From Anaerolineales bacterium (lineage in GTDB: Bacteria > Chloroflexota > Anaerolineae > Anaerolineales > E44-bin32): DNA of 55,826 nucleotides. Under the pieces are notes generated by a model. It searched no databases and was not told the origin of the DNA. It was given only the letters and a program-made list of their open reading frames with translations. Below, in pieces: positions 28,128-37,274 of this stretch (the stretch's first letter is position 1; every line of letters begins with the position of its first letter). Location: NCBI GenBank assembly GCA_036803025.1, contig DAIRVC010000001.1, positions 1 through 55,826 of the forward strand, read 5' to 3'. The position numbers and the translations under genes were made by a program.

Positions 28128-28892
28128 ATGCGAGCCCGGCGCTCCACCCTGCAGCGCGCCGCGGCAGCCCTCCTGGCGCTCGCCCTCGGCGGCTCACAAC
28201 GCCTGCCCCTGAATGACCCGGCCGCAACCCGGGTCACCGACGGCGATCAAGCCGACTATGCCGAGGCGCGGGCGCGCATGGTCGTCGAGGGGATCGTCGG
28301 CTGGGGGATTGAGGACCCGGACGTGATCGCGGTGATGGGGCGAGTACCGCGCCACGAGTTCGTCCCCGATGAGTACCTCGACCTGGCCTACGCGAATCAC
28401 CCGTTGCCGATCGGTTACGGCCAGACGATTTCCCAGCCCTATATCGTGGCGCTGATGACCCAGGAGCTGGGGGTTCAATCTGGCGATCGCGTGCTGGAGG
28501 TGGGGACCGGCTCCGGCTATCAGGCGGCGGTCCTGGCCGAACTGGGCGCGCAGGTCTACACGATCGAAATCATCGGGGCGCTGGCGGAGACGGCTGCCGA
28601 GCGGCTGGAGCGCTATCCGAATGTGACCACCCGGCACGGGGACGGCTACGGCGGTTGGCCGGAAGAGGCGCCTTTCGAGGCCATCATCGTCACCGCCGCG
28701 CCTGACCATGTGCCGCCGCCGCTTCTGAGCCAGTTGGCAATTGGCGGGCGGCTGGTGATCCCAGTCGGCCCGATCGGGGACTATCAGGAACTCTGGCGCA
28801 TCACGCGCCTTCCGGAGGATCAGATCGAGTCGGTCAGCCTGGGAGGGGTGCGCTTCGTACCTCTGCTGCGCACCGAGAAGGTGTCCGAATAG
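28128..28892 (+). CDS. pcm: Protein-L-isoaspartate O-methyltransferase with N-terminal signal-like extension
   Basis: The core motifs match the first copy (RHEFVP, QTISQPYIVALMTQ, VLEVGTGSGYQAAVLA). It is preceded by MRARRSTLQRAAAALLALALGG. Confidence 0.85.
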   Translation: MRARRSTLQRAAAALLALALGGSQRLPLNDPAATRVTDGDQADYAEARARMVVEGIVGWGIEDPDVIAVMGRVPRHEFVPDEYLDLAYANHPLPIGYGQTISQPYIVALMTQELGVQSGDRVLEVGTGSGYQAAVLAELGAQVYTIEIIGALAETAAERLERYPNVTTRHGDGYGGWPEEAPFEAIIVTAAPDHVPPPLLSQLAIGGRLVIPVGPIGDYQELWRITRLPEDQIESVSLGGVRFVPLLRTEKVSE

Positions 28893-28927
28893 CACACCCA
28901 AATGCGCGGATGGTCACTTGGGCAGGC

Positions 28928-28956
28928 CGGCCCCGGTCTCTATACTTGCAGGCAGC
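28928..28956 (+). promoter_or_regulatory. Candidate promoter for bfr (TTGGGC-17 nt-TATACT)
   Basis: Hexamers and spacer were read directly, ~35 nt upstream of ATG 28992. An AAGGAG Shine-Dalgarno is present. Confidence 0.45.
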
Positions 28957-28991
28957 CATACCGATTACGTGTGTGAACAAGGAGCGAAGCC

Positions 28992-29465
28992 ATGAAGGGC
29001 GACCCCAAAGTCATCGAAGTCCTCAATCAACTGCTGGCCGACGAACTGACCGCCATCAACCAGTACATCCTGCATTCCGAGATGTGCGCCAACTGGGGCT
29101 ACGATCGCTTGCACGAGGCGATCGAGAAGCAGGCCATCGAGGAGATGGGCCACGCCGAGCAGCATATCGCTCGCATCCTCTACTTGGAGGGCATGCCGAT
29201 CGTCTCCAAGCTCAATCCGCTGAAGATCGGCTCGACCATCCCCGAGATGATCGCTGTGGACCTGCAGGCCGAGGCCGATGCGATCAAGGCCTACAACGCC
29301 GGCATCAAGGTGGCGATGAGCGCCGGCGACGAGGGCTCGGCCGAGATGCTGCGCAAGATCGTCCAGGATGAAGAACGCCACGCCGATTGGAACGAGGCCC
29401 AGCGCGATCAGATTGGACACATGGGCGTCGAGAACTACCTGGCCACCCAGAACGCCGAAAAGTAG
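28992..29465 (+). CDS. bfr: Bacterioferritin
   Basis: It has MKGDPKVIEVLNQLLADELTAINQY, the ferroxidase ligand pattern E..EEMGHA and a Met for heme ligation. The length of 157 aa fits. Confidence 0.92.
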   Translation: MKGDPKVIEVLNQLLADELTAINQYILHSEMCANWGYDRLHEAIEKQAIEEMGHAEQHIARILYLEGMPIVSKLNPLKIGSTIPEMIAVDLQAEADAIKAYNAGIKVAMSAGDEGSAEMLRKIVQDEERHADWNEAQRDQIGHMGVENYLATQNAEK

Positions 29466-29490
29466 CCGCCGCCTCTTGGTGGACGAAACG

Positions 29491-29520
29491 GGGACGGGCA
29501 GGAGCCCGTCCCTATTTCAT
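29491..29520. terminator. Intrinsic terminator hairpin between bfr (+) and the membrane protein gene (-)
   Basis: GGGACGGGC-agga-GCCCGTCCC is followed by TATTTCATT. Confidence 0.7.
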
Positions 29521-29535
29521 TGCCAGGCGGGCCGG

Positions 29536-31923
29536 CTAGGCGGGATCCGGCGCGGCGAGATGGGCGACGAGATACGCACCCGCCCCGGCCAGGAGTGCCG
29601 CCGTCAATCCGGCGTCGAGAGCCAGCGTCGCCGCCAACACGCCGCCCACCCCGCTGGAGGCGCCGTTAACCCCCCAAGCCCACGGCAATAGGGAAGGTGC
29701 GCGGGCTTCCACTTTGCGCAGGCCGGCGGCAAACGGCACACCCATCAGGAGCCCGGCGGGGAAGACGGCCGCCGAGGCGAGCAGCAGTCTGGCGGCCAGG
29801 GACCAGCCCAGACCAAGCTCGATCAGACCCGGCAGGGCCAGCGCGGTCAGGCAGAGCGTCAGCGTCAACGCAGCCAAGGCCGGACGCAGACGCAGGCGAG
29901 GCGCCAGCACTTGACTTCCGATCCCGGAGGCGAGCAGCAGAACCGAGAGCACGACCCCGGCCGTCAGGGTAGGGCGGTCGAGAAGCAATGTCAGGCGTTG
30001 GATGAGGGGGACCTCCACCAGCAGATAGCCCGCGCCCAACGCGCTGAAGTACACGCCCAGCCGGGCCCACCCGGGTGCGAGGTTGGACACGGATCGACGG
30101 CCGTCGGAGGGCGGGATGCGCCTGAGCAGCCACAGCGGGATGATCACGAGCGGGAGGGAGATGGCCAGCATCAGGCCCAGCAGAAGCATCAGGACCAGGT
30201 AGCCGCTGCCGCCGAACGGCTGCCAGGTCCGGCCGAGGCCTGCCAGCACCGCCGGGGTCTGTCGCCAACGGAAGAAATGGAAGAAGAAGGGCCGATCGTC
30301 CGTTGCGGGTGCAAGGTTGAATTCGTAGCCGGCGACTGTCGAGGACGGATCGGTCAGCAGCGAGGCGGCCAGTGCGTGGTAGCGATCTTCGGGCAGGCGA
30401 TTGAAGCGATTGACCTCGTCCTCGGTCAGGCCGGGGAAGACCATGGGGTCGTAGGCGTTCTGCTCCATGAAGTTGCGCGTGACGGCGATCTCCTCCGGCT
30501 GCCAGGCGCGCAGTGCAACCAGGATCGTGGCGGTGCGCATGCTGCGAAAGGCGATCAGATGCTCGGCCGGGCGCTCGATGCCGGCGCGGTCCAGCGCGGC
30601 CAGGATGGTCGTCAGCGCGCGAATCGACTCGCTGGGCGGGGTCTGAAGCCAGCGTGTAAGGACCAATACACCATCCGGGGCGAGGCGGTCCAGCGCCTGC
30701 TCGATCGCTTCGACGGTCAGCGTGAAGTCCTCCGCCAGGCTGAATGCGCCGGAGCTGACCGGGTGATACGGATCACTCAAGCAAAACTGAACGACATCAA
30801 AGGCGGCGCCGCTCAGTTGAAGCGCCCCGCGGCTCGAGCGGGGAAGGACCTCGACCTGCGGCTGCATGATCAATTCGCGTGTGTAGCGCCCATACCGCCC
30901 GCGCAGTAGTTCGTCGACCAGCGGTTCGTCGGTCGGCAGGCTCACGTGGGCTGCGCCAGCGCCGAGGGCCATGAGGGCATCCAGTCCGGCGCCGGGATCG
31001 AGCAGCAGCGTGCGCGCACCGGGTCTGAGGCGGTAGACCAGCGCGGCGGGAAGGCGGCCGGCCAGGTCGATGATTAGCGGATCGCTGGGGAACGCGGCCG
31101 TAAGCGGAATCGGCCCGTCGCCGTCGAGGAAGAGGGCTGCCTGTACGGGCAAGGTACTGGGGGCCAGGAGACTGAGCCCAGGCAGAACGTGGATGCCCGG
31201 GCCTTCGACGACGTCCAGGCGTGCTGAGGCGCTCCAATCCGAGATGGTGAGCTGAGCCCCCTGGGCCAGGCGCGCCGCGCTGAGCGGCTTGTAAGGCGAC
31301 AGGCGCAGGCTCAGCCATGACGGCGAGGCGGCCATCGCCACGAGGCACAGCACCGCCGCGGTGCCGGCGGCCAGTGCGCTCGAACGCCGCGCGGGGAAGC
31401 AACTTGAGCCCAGGAACGCGGCCGCGGCCGAGGCCAGGACCACTCCCTCGGGGGGCAGGCTGCTCAGCAGGATCAGGGCGCCGGCGCATCCCAGTGCCGC
31501 GCCGATCAGGTTGGCGGCGTAGACGCGGTGCAGAGCTCCCCCGGCCGTCGTCAGGCCGATGGCGACGATCCAACCGACCATGACGAAGGGCACACCGGCG
31601 GCCAGGAAGTAGACGGCCAGTATCACCACCTGCGTCCCATCCCAGGCCAGATTGTAGGAGTCGAACGGCAGCCAGTTGATGACGGCGTAGGCGAGCAGGA
31701 TGGCCGCGCCCAGCGCCGCCGACAAGACAGCCGGCGACGCATGGCGGCGGCGAACGGTGACCAGGAGTCCGCTGGCGGCACTGGCCAGGACTGCCAGGCT
31801 GACGACGACGAAGGCGAAGTGGTGGAACTGCTGGATGGCGAAGAGGCGTGTCAGCGTGATCTCGAAGGCCAATCCCGCGGCAGAGACGACAGCCACTCCC
31901 AGAATGGACCGAGGTCGGATCAC
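29536..31923 (-). CDS. Polytopic membrane protein with central spermidine-synthase-like (SAM-MTase fold) domain
   Basis: About 7 TM helices (GLAFEITLTRLF...) are followed by a soluble domain with LLLDPGAGLD and FDVVQFCLSDPY, then about 7 more TM helices. GTG 31923 is chosen because the longer ORF overlaps moaA. Confidence 0.5.
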   Translation of the reverse strand: MIRPRSILGVAVVSAAGLAFEITLTRLFAIQQFHHFAFVVVSLAVLASAASGLLVTVRRRHASPAVLSAALGAAILLAYAVINWLPFDSYNLAWDGTQVVILAVYFLAAGVPFVMVGWIVAIGLTTAGGALHRVYAANLIGAALGCAGALILLSSLPPEGVVLASAAAAFLGSSCFPARRSSALAAGTAAVLCLVAMAASPSWLSLRLSPYKPLSAARLAQGAQLTISDWSASARLDVVEGPGIHVLPGLSLLAPSTLPVQAALFLDGDGPIPLTAAFPSDPLIIDLAGRLPAALVYRLRPGARTLLLDPGAGLDALMALGAGAAHVSLPTDEPLVDELLRGRYGRYTRELIMQPQVEVLPRSSRGALQLSGAAFDVVQFCLSDPYHPVSSGAFSLAEDFTLTVEAIEQALDRLAPDGVLVLTRWLQTPPSESIRALTTILAALDRAGIERPAEHLIAFRSMRTATILVALRAWQPEEIAVTRNFMEQNAYDPMVFPGLTEDEVNRFNRLPEDRYHALAASLLTDPSSTVAGYEFNLAPATDDRPFFFHFFRWRQTPAVLAGLGRTWQPFGGSGYLVLMLLLGLMLAISLPLVIIPLWLLRRIPPSDGRRSVSNLAPGWARLGVYFSALGAGYLLVEVPLIQRLTLLLDRPTLTAGVVLSVLLLASGIGSQVLAPRLRLRPALAALTLTLCLTALALPGLIELGLGWSLAARLLLASAAVFPAGLLMGVPFAAGLRKVEARAPSLLPWAWGVNGASSGVGGVLAATLALDAGLTAALLAGAGAYLVAHLAAPDPA

Positions 31924-31981
31924 GGGCAATCCATCAGATTGGCTCAGCAGCCCGCCGTGCGACGGCCGGGCGGCCCGAATG

Positions 31982-32992
31982 TCAGCCGCCGATCTCGCAC
32001 ATGTGCAGGTCGTTCGCCAGCCAGCCGCGGTCGAGCCTGTGCCCCTCGGGCTTGGCGGCGACGGCCTGCAGGAGAAGAGGTTCGAGCGGCAGCCCGGAGT
32101 GCAGCGCCTCGCGAATCGAGAAGTCCACGCCGGACAGCAGACACGGCCGCAGACGGCCATCAGATGTCAGGCGCAGGCGATTGCAGGCGTGGCAGAAGCG
32201 CTCGCCGAGCGGCGCGATGAATCCGACCGTACCCTTAGCGCCGCGCAACCGGTAGCTGCGCGCCGGTCCGCCGCCCGGGGGAGCTTCTGACGATTCGAGA
32301 GCCAGGCTCGCCATGCGGCGGCGCATCTCATCGACCGGCAGGAAGCGGTCGCCCGCAGCCGGATAATCGGCGCCCCAGTCGCCCTGATTGCCGATCGGCA
32401 TCAATTCAATGAAGCGAACATGCCAGGGGTGCTCGACCGTCGTCAGCGCCAGATCGACCAGTTCGTCGTCGTTCAGGCCGCGCACGACGACGACATTCAG
32501 CTTGAGCGGCGTCAGCCCGGCAGTCTCGGCTGCAGCCAGCCCGTCCAGAACGCGCCTCAGGTCGCCGCCGCGTGTGATCTTGCGAAAGCGCTCGGGCTGA
32601 AGGCTGTCCAGGCTGACGTTGACGCGCCGCAGCCCGGCGCGCGCCAGTTCCTGCGCCATGCCGGCCAGGCGCTGGCCGTTGGTCGTCAGGCTGACCTCCT
32701 CCACGCCGTCGATGCCGGCGATGGACTCGATCAAGCCGGTCAGGCCCGGGCGCAGCGTCGGCTCGCCGCCCGTCAGGCGGACTCGGCGGACGCCCAGGCG
32801 CGCCGCAGCCCGCGCGACGCGCAGGATCTCCTCGTCCGTCAACGGCTCAACGGCGGTCGGCCTGCGCGGGCCGGGTGTGCAGTAGACGCAGCGCAGGTCG
32901 CAGCGAGCGGTGACGGACACACGCAGGTAGTCGATGACGCGGCCGTAGCCGTCGCGCAGGTCAGCTGGTTGCGATCGTGGGTCGTTGATCAT
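31982..32992 (-). CDS. moaA: GTP 3',8-cyclase (molybdenum cofactor biosynthesis protein A)
   Basis: It has the radical-SAM motif RVSVTARCDLRCVYC, LTGGEPTLR and the C-terminal Cys cluster CHACNRLRLTSDGRLRPCL. Confidence 0.92.
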   Translation of the reverse strand: MINDPRSQPADLRDGYGRVIDYLRVSVTARCDLRCVYCTPGPRRPTAVEPLTDEEILRVARAAARLGVRRVRLTGGEPTLRPGLTGLIESIAGIDGVEEVSLTTNGQRLAGMAQELARAGLRRVNVSLDSLQPERFRKITRGGDLRRVLDGLAAAETAGLTPLKLNVVVVRGLNDDELVDLALTTVEHPWHVRFIELMPIGNQGDWGADYPAAGDRFLPVDEMRRRMASLALESSEAPPGGGPARSYRLRGAKGTVGFIAPLGERFCHACNRLRLTSDGRLRPCLLSGVDFSIREALHSGLPLEPLLLQAVAAKPEGHRLDRGWLANDLHMCEIGG

Positions 32993-33097
32993 GAATACAC
33001 TGCGGCCCCGCCGGGCCGACCCGGCGGACCGAACTGATTGTAACGCCGGCGCAGTCAGGCGCGGCATGATGGATATCCCGGCGAGCGGCGACGAGGC

Positions 33098-35197
33098 TCA
33101 CGCGGAGCGCAGCAGCCGGGCTGAATTGGCCATGACGAACAGGTCGGGAATCGATTGTCCGGCCGCCGCCGCCACCGGTGGGAGCAGGCCGAAGGCCGCC
33201 AGACCGATGCCGAGCAGGTTATAGACAACGCCTAACGCCAGGTTCTGCTGGATGACTCGGAACGTGCGCCGCCCCAGCCGGACGGCTTCGGGCACGGCGC
33301 GCCAATCGTCGCTCATCAAGGCCACGTCGGCCGCCTCCAGCGCGGCGTCGGTACCGGCCACGCCCATGGCGATGCCGACATCGGCCTGCGCCAGCGCCGG
33401 GGCGTCGTTGACGCCGTCACCCAGCATCAGGACGGTCCGGCCGCTGGCCTGCAGCTCGCGCACCACGGCGATCTTGTCGGCCGGGAGCATCTCAGCCCGG
33501 TAGTCGACCTGCAGCGTCTCGGCCAGGCTGCGGGCGGTGCTCTCGGTATCGCCGGTCAGCAGGAGCATGTGCTCGATGCCCAGCCCCCGAAGCTCCTCCA
33601 GGGACCGACGCACCTCTGGGCGCAGCGTGTCGGCGACGGCCAGCGCGCCGATGGTCTGATGACCGTGAGCTACGTAGAAGACGGTCTTGCCGGCCGCCTC
33701 CCAGGCGCGTATCTGACCGTCGGGGTCAGGCAGGGGCAGGCCGCGCTCGGCCAGCAGGCGTCGGCTGCCGACGATCAGGTCCATGCCCCTCCAGACCGTC
33801 CGCACGCCCAGGCCCGGCAGGGCTTCAAATACCTGCTCGTCGCCTGTGTCGTGGGCCGGCCCGGGCGCGGCGCGGCGCACGGCCGCGGCGATGGGATGCT
33901 CGGAGTGCCGTTCGGCCGCGGCGGCCAACTCCAGGATCTGCTCGGACGAGCGACCGTCGAACGCCAGTGCGTCGGTCACGCTCGGTATGCCCAGCGTCAG
34001 CGTCCCGGTCTTGTCCATCACGAGCGTGTCGACGCGGGCCAGGAGCTCGAGGTAGCGGCCGCCCTTGATCAGGATGCCGGCGCGCGCCGCCCGGCCGACA
34101 GCGGCAATCACAGCCGTCGGGGTAGCCAGGGCGACCACACAGGCGCAGGCAACCAACAGCACGGCGACGGCGGCACTTGGATCGCGCCCGATGGCGTAGG
34201 TCACCGCCGCGGCCGAGGCGACGATCGGGATGTACCAGGCCGTAAAGCGGTCAGCCAGTCGCTGGACGGGCGCCTTGTTGGCTTCGGCCTGCTCGACCAG
34301 GCGAACGATGCGGCCGAGCGTCGTGTCGGCGCCGACGCGCGTGACGCGGACCTGGAGGGCGCCGCCGTGGACGATCGTTCCGGCGAAGACCGACTGACCT
34401 GGACCGCGTTCGACGGGGAGGCTCTCGCCGGTGATCGGGGATTGGTCGACCGCAGCCCGGCCGGAGGCGACCAGGCCGTCGGCCGGGACGCGTTCACCCG
34501 GCCGGACCACAAGCAGCTCGCCGGCGCGCAATTCGCCCGCCGGTCGATCGACTTGACCGTCTTCCGTGAGCACGTGAGCGGCGGGCGGGGCCAGGTCCAT
34601 CAGCGTTCGGATCGCCTGTCGAGAGCGCTCCGTTGTGACGCCCTCCAGGTAGTCGGCGACGCGCATGAAGAACACGATCACCACGGCCGCCAATGTCTCG
34701 CCCGCCGCCAGCGCGCCGACCACGCCCAAGGTCATCAGCGCGTGTGCGGTCACCTGGCGATGCCAGAGCGCCCGTGCCACGTTGACGAAAATCGGGGCGC
34801 CGCCCAGGGCGACTGCGGCCAGCGGAACCCAGGCCGGCAGGCCACCCAACGCGGTCTCGAGAAGGCCAAGCCGCTCGCCGAGCACCTCGACCGTAATCAG
34901 CAGGGTAACCAGCCCGGCAAACAGCCAGCCGGCACGGCCGAGGGCCTTGGCCGGGTCGACGCGCGCTGGTGTGGCCGGGGACTGGACGCCGTAGCCGGAG
35001 CGCAGCACGGCGGCGCGGATCTCGTCGGGTGTGACTAGGCCGGGGTCGTAGCGCACTTCCAACCGCTCAGCGGCGAGCAGTGCGTGCGCCTCGGTGATTC
35101 CCGGCAGTTGGCGGACGGCGGACTCGACGTGCATCACGCACTCGGCGCAATCCATGCCGGTCACGCCCAACCTCAGGTCCTGCGCCGTGCCGGACAT
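33098..35197 (-). CDS. Heavy-metal translocating P1B-type ATPase
   Basis: It has the N-terminal HMA motif GMDCAECV, plus TGES, DKTGTLT, SEHPIA and GDGVNDAPAL. The TM motif reads CAC instead of CPC. The ATG overlaps the arsR-like stop (ATGA). Confidence 0.9.
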   Translation of the reverse strand: MSGTAQDLRLGVTGMDCAECVMHVESAVRQLPGITEAHALLAAERLEVRYDPGLVTPDEIRAAVLRSGYGVQSPATPARVDPAKALGRAGWLFAGLVTLLITVEVLGERLGLLETALGGLPAWVPLAAVALGGAPIFVNVARALWHRQVTAHALMTLGVVGALAAGETLAAVVIVFFMRVADYLEGVTTERSRQAIRTLMDLAPPAAHVLTEDGQVDRPAGELRAGELLVVRPGERVPADGLVASGRAAVDQSPITGESLPVERGPGQSVFAGTIVHGGALQVRVTRVGADTTLGRIVRLVEQAEANKAPVQRLADRFTAWYIPIVASAAAVTYAIGRDPSAAVAVLLVACACVVALATPTAVIAAVGRAARAGILIKGGRYLELLARVDTLVMDKTGTLTLGIPSVTDALAFDGRSSEQILELAAAAERHSEHPIAAAVRRAAPGPAHDTGDEQVFEALPGLGVRTVWRGMDLIVGSRRLLAERGLPLPDPDGQIRAWEAAGKTVFYVAHGHQTIGALAVADTLRPEVRRSLEELRGLGIEHMLLLTGDTESTARSLAETLQVDYRAEMLPADKIAVVRELQASGRTVLMLGDGVNDAPALAQADVGIAMGVAGTDAALEAADVALMSDDWRAVPEAVRLGRRTFRVIQQNLALGVVYNLLGIGLAAFGLLPPVAAAAGQSIPDLFVMANSARLLRSA

Positions 35198-35553
35198 CAG
35201 CGCCTCGCCTGTGATGAGCGCAACTCGGCCGGTTGATAGCGCGGGCAGGCATCGATCTGCGGGCCGGTGCGCCGCAGGAGGCGGTCGATCTGCTCCAGGA
35301 GGGTGCGCACATCCGGATCGGCCAGGGCGTAGTACACAAAACGACCCTGCGGACGGGCGCTGACCAGGCCGCAATCGCGCAGGCAGGCCAGGTGGTTGGA
35401 GACGTTCGGCTGTGTCAGGCCGGTCTCTTCGACCAGGTCGGAGACGCAGGCCGGCCCGCGTCGCAGCGCCTGCAGGATGGCCAGGCGGGAGGGCTCGGCC
35501 AGGCCTTGAAGGAGATGGGCGCGGGTCTCCGGGCGAATCGGGCTGCGGGTCAT
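35197..35553 (-). CDS. ArsR/SmtB-family metalloregulator
   Basis: The winged HTH reads LAEPSRLAILQALRRGPACVSDLVEETGLTQPNVSNHLACLRDCGLV. It is translationally coupled to the ATPase. Confidence 0.88.
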   Translation of the reverse strand: MTRSPIRPETRAHLLQGLAEPSRLAILQALRRGPACVSDLVEETGLTQPNVSNHLACLRDCGLVSARPQGRFVYYALADPDVRTLLEQIDRLLRRTGPQIDACPRYQPAELRSSQARR

Positions 35554-35560
35554 GCCCCGG

Positions 35561-35569
35561 ATTATATCA
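35561..35569 (-). promoter_or_regulatory. Extended -10 element TGATATAAT 7 nt upstream of the arsR-like ATG (probable leaderless transcript)
   Basis: The reverse complement of ATTATATCA at 35561-35569 is the element, and the ATG is at 35553-35551. Confidence 0.5.
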
Positions 35570-35625
35570 GGGTCGAATGATGTGTTCTCCGCCGGCGATT
35601 CAGCCAGGCGGCCGGGCGGGCGGTC

Positions 35626-37119
35626 TCAATCAGCCGTCACCCATTCCCGGAAGAGCGCCTCGAGATCGCAGCCGCAGTGAGCTTCAGCCAGCGCTTGCAG
35701 GCTCTCCGGCGTGGCGATCCCCCAGCGCTGTGTCCGGTAGTACTCCTGCAGGAACTCGTCCATCGCCGGCTGCCCGAGGGCCTCGGCCAGTGCTTCGAAG
35801 AACAGACCGCCGCGGCCGTAGACGATGGCGCCGTATTCGAGCGGGGTGTAGTCGCGCACCGGCAGGCCGATCGGGATTGGGGCGCGCTCGACACGCTCCC
35901 AGCGCTCGACCATCGCCTGGCGATAGCCGTCGGCGCCTTGCGGCCCATAGCGGTCGGCGAAGTAGCGCAGCGTCAGATACTGCGCCAGCGACTCGTCCAG
36001 CCACGGGTCGTCAAGCTGGTCGTTCCCGACCGTGCCGTAGACCCACTGATGCGCGACCTCGTGGGTGACGACGGATTCGAACCACCCCTGCGGAAAGGTG
36101 TCATCCTGGGGGTCGTAGAACGCCAGATTGAGGGAGATGATGCCGGGATACTCAACGCCCATTGCGTCGATGGGGATGCTGACCAGATCCAGCTCCGTGT
36201 ACGGATAAGGGCCCAGGAGGTGGTTGAAGAATGTCACGGCGGCGGAGGCGTACTCGAGGACGCTGTCGGAGGCGGAGGCGTAGGCCGGGAGGGTGTAGCT
36301 GACCAGTGTTGTCTCGCCGAGCGTGAGGCTATGTGCCTCGAAGTCTGAGCTGCCGGCCAAATGGAAGTCGCGCACCGGCCCGGCGATGAAAGTGCTCCGC
36401 TGGCGCCCGCCCTCCAGGCTGCGTGCAGTCTGCAGTCCAGCGCCGGCCAGGATCAGATCGGCCGGCGCGTCCAGAGTGACCTCGAAGTAGGCGACGTCGG
36501 CATAGACGATGTCGGCGTGATCGGGCGGGTCCTCGACGTTCCAGCCTTCGTCGTCGTAGACGGCGATCATGGGGTAGAAGTGCGAGAGACTCAAGATCCC
36601 TTCCGAGAGAGTCAACAGCCCGTATCCAGACTGGCTGTCCTGCGGGACGGCGACCTCAAACTCGAGCGAGATCTCCAGCTGCCCGCCCGGCTGGAGGGCG
36701 GGGTCGAGGGGCACGCGCAGGAGGCTGCCCCCCAGTTCGAGCGCGAAATCCGCCGGAGTCTCCCCGATGCGGACGGAGGACACCTCCGCCGTCCCGCCGA
36801 TCAGGCCGGGAAAGAGCCGCATGACCAGACTGTCGAGAGCGACCGTCTCCTGGTTGGTGTAGAGGACCCGCTGGCTGCCCGTCAGGCTGCGCAGGTCGTC
36901 TGCCAGATGCAGGTCGATCGTGTAGCGGGTCGCCTCGGCGGTCTGTTCAAGAGCCGCCCGTTCGCTGGCCACCAGCCCGGCGGCCAGCGGATCGCCGCCG
37001 GGGGCGACGAACGGGGGCGGCGTCCGGGGCGCCGTGCCAGGGGAGGCCGGCGACGAGCCGCAGGCGGCCACGCTTAGGACGGCGGCCAGTCCAAAGAGAC
37101 GGACGATGCGGGAGTGCAT
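35626..37119 (-). CDS. M1-family zinc metallopeptidase (aminopeptidase N-like) lipoprotein
   Basis: It has lipobox LSVAAC, HEVAHQW (HExxH) and a downstream WLDESLAQY glutamate. Confidence 0.8.
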   Translation of the reverse strand: MHSRIVRLFGLAAVLSVAACGSSPASPGTAPRTPPPFVAPGGDPLAAGLVASERAALEQTAEATRYTIDLHLADDLRSLTGSQRVLYTNQETVALDSLVMRLFPGLIGGTAEVSSVRIGETPADFALELGGSLLRVPLDPALQPGGQLEISLEFEVAVPQDSQSGYGLLTLSEGILSLSHFYPMIAVYDDEGWNVEDPPDHADIVYADVAYFEVTLDAPADLILAGAGLQTARSLEGGRQRSTFIAGPVRDFHLAGSSDFEAHSLTLGETTLVSYTLPAYASASDSVLEYASAAVTFFNHLLGPYPYTELDLVSIPIDAMGVEYPGIISLNLAFYDPQDDTFPQGWFESVVTHEVAHQWVYGTVGNDQLDDPWLDESLAQYLTLRYFADRYGPQGADGYRQAMVERWERVERAPIPIGLPVRDYTPLEYGAIVYGRGGLFFEALAEALGQPAMDEFLQEYYRTQRWGIATPESLQALAEAHCGCDLEALFREWVTAD

Positions 37120-37274
37120 GGGAGTCCTCCCTGGAGATGCCTCTGATTACATACACCGAGAACAGTGGAAGGGTTCGTTCGGCCGATCTTCGTTGCGTGC
37201 GACGCGGAACTGCTCTAGAATGGCGATAGGGACTGGCGAGGGGATTCCTCCCGGCGGGCAGGTGGGGGTGCGCC

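Noticed and set aside
31924-32160. The N-terminal 79 codons of ORF 29536..32160.
   Set aside because: They overlap the 3' end of moaA and are Arg/Cys/Pro-rich. The hydrophobic membrane-protein sequence starts only after GTG 31923.
32993-33097. A Moco riboswitch upstream of moaA.
   Set aside because: The 105-nt leader is shorter than the Moco RNA motif, and I could not find its conserved core. moaA may simply be co-transcribed with the upstream ATPase operon.
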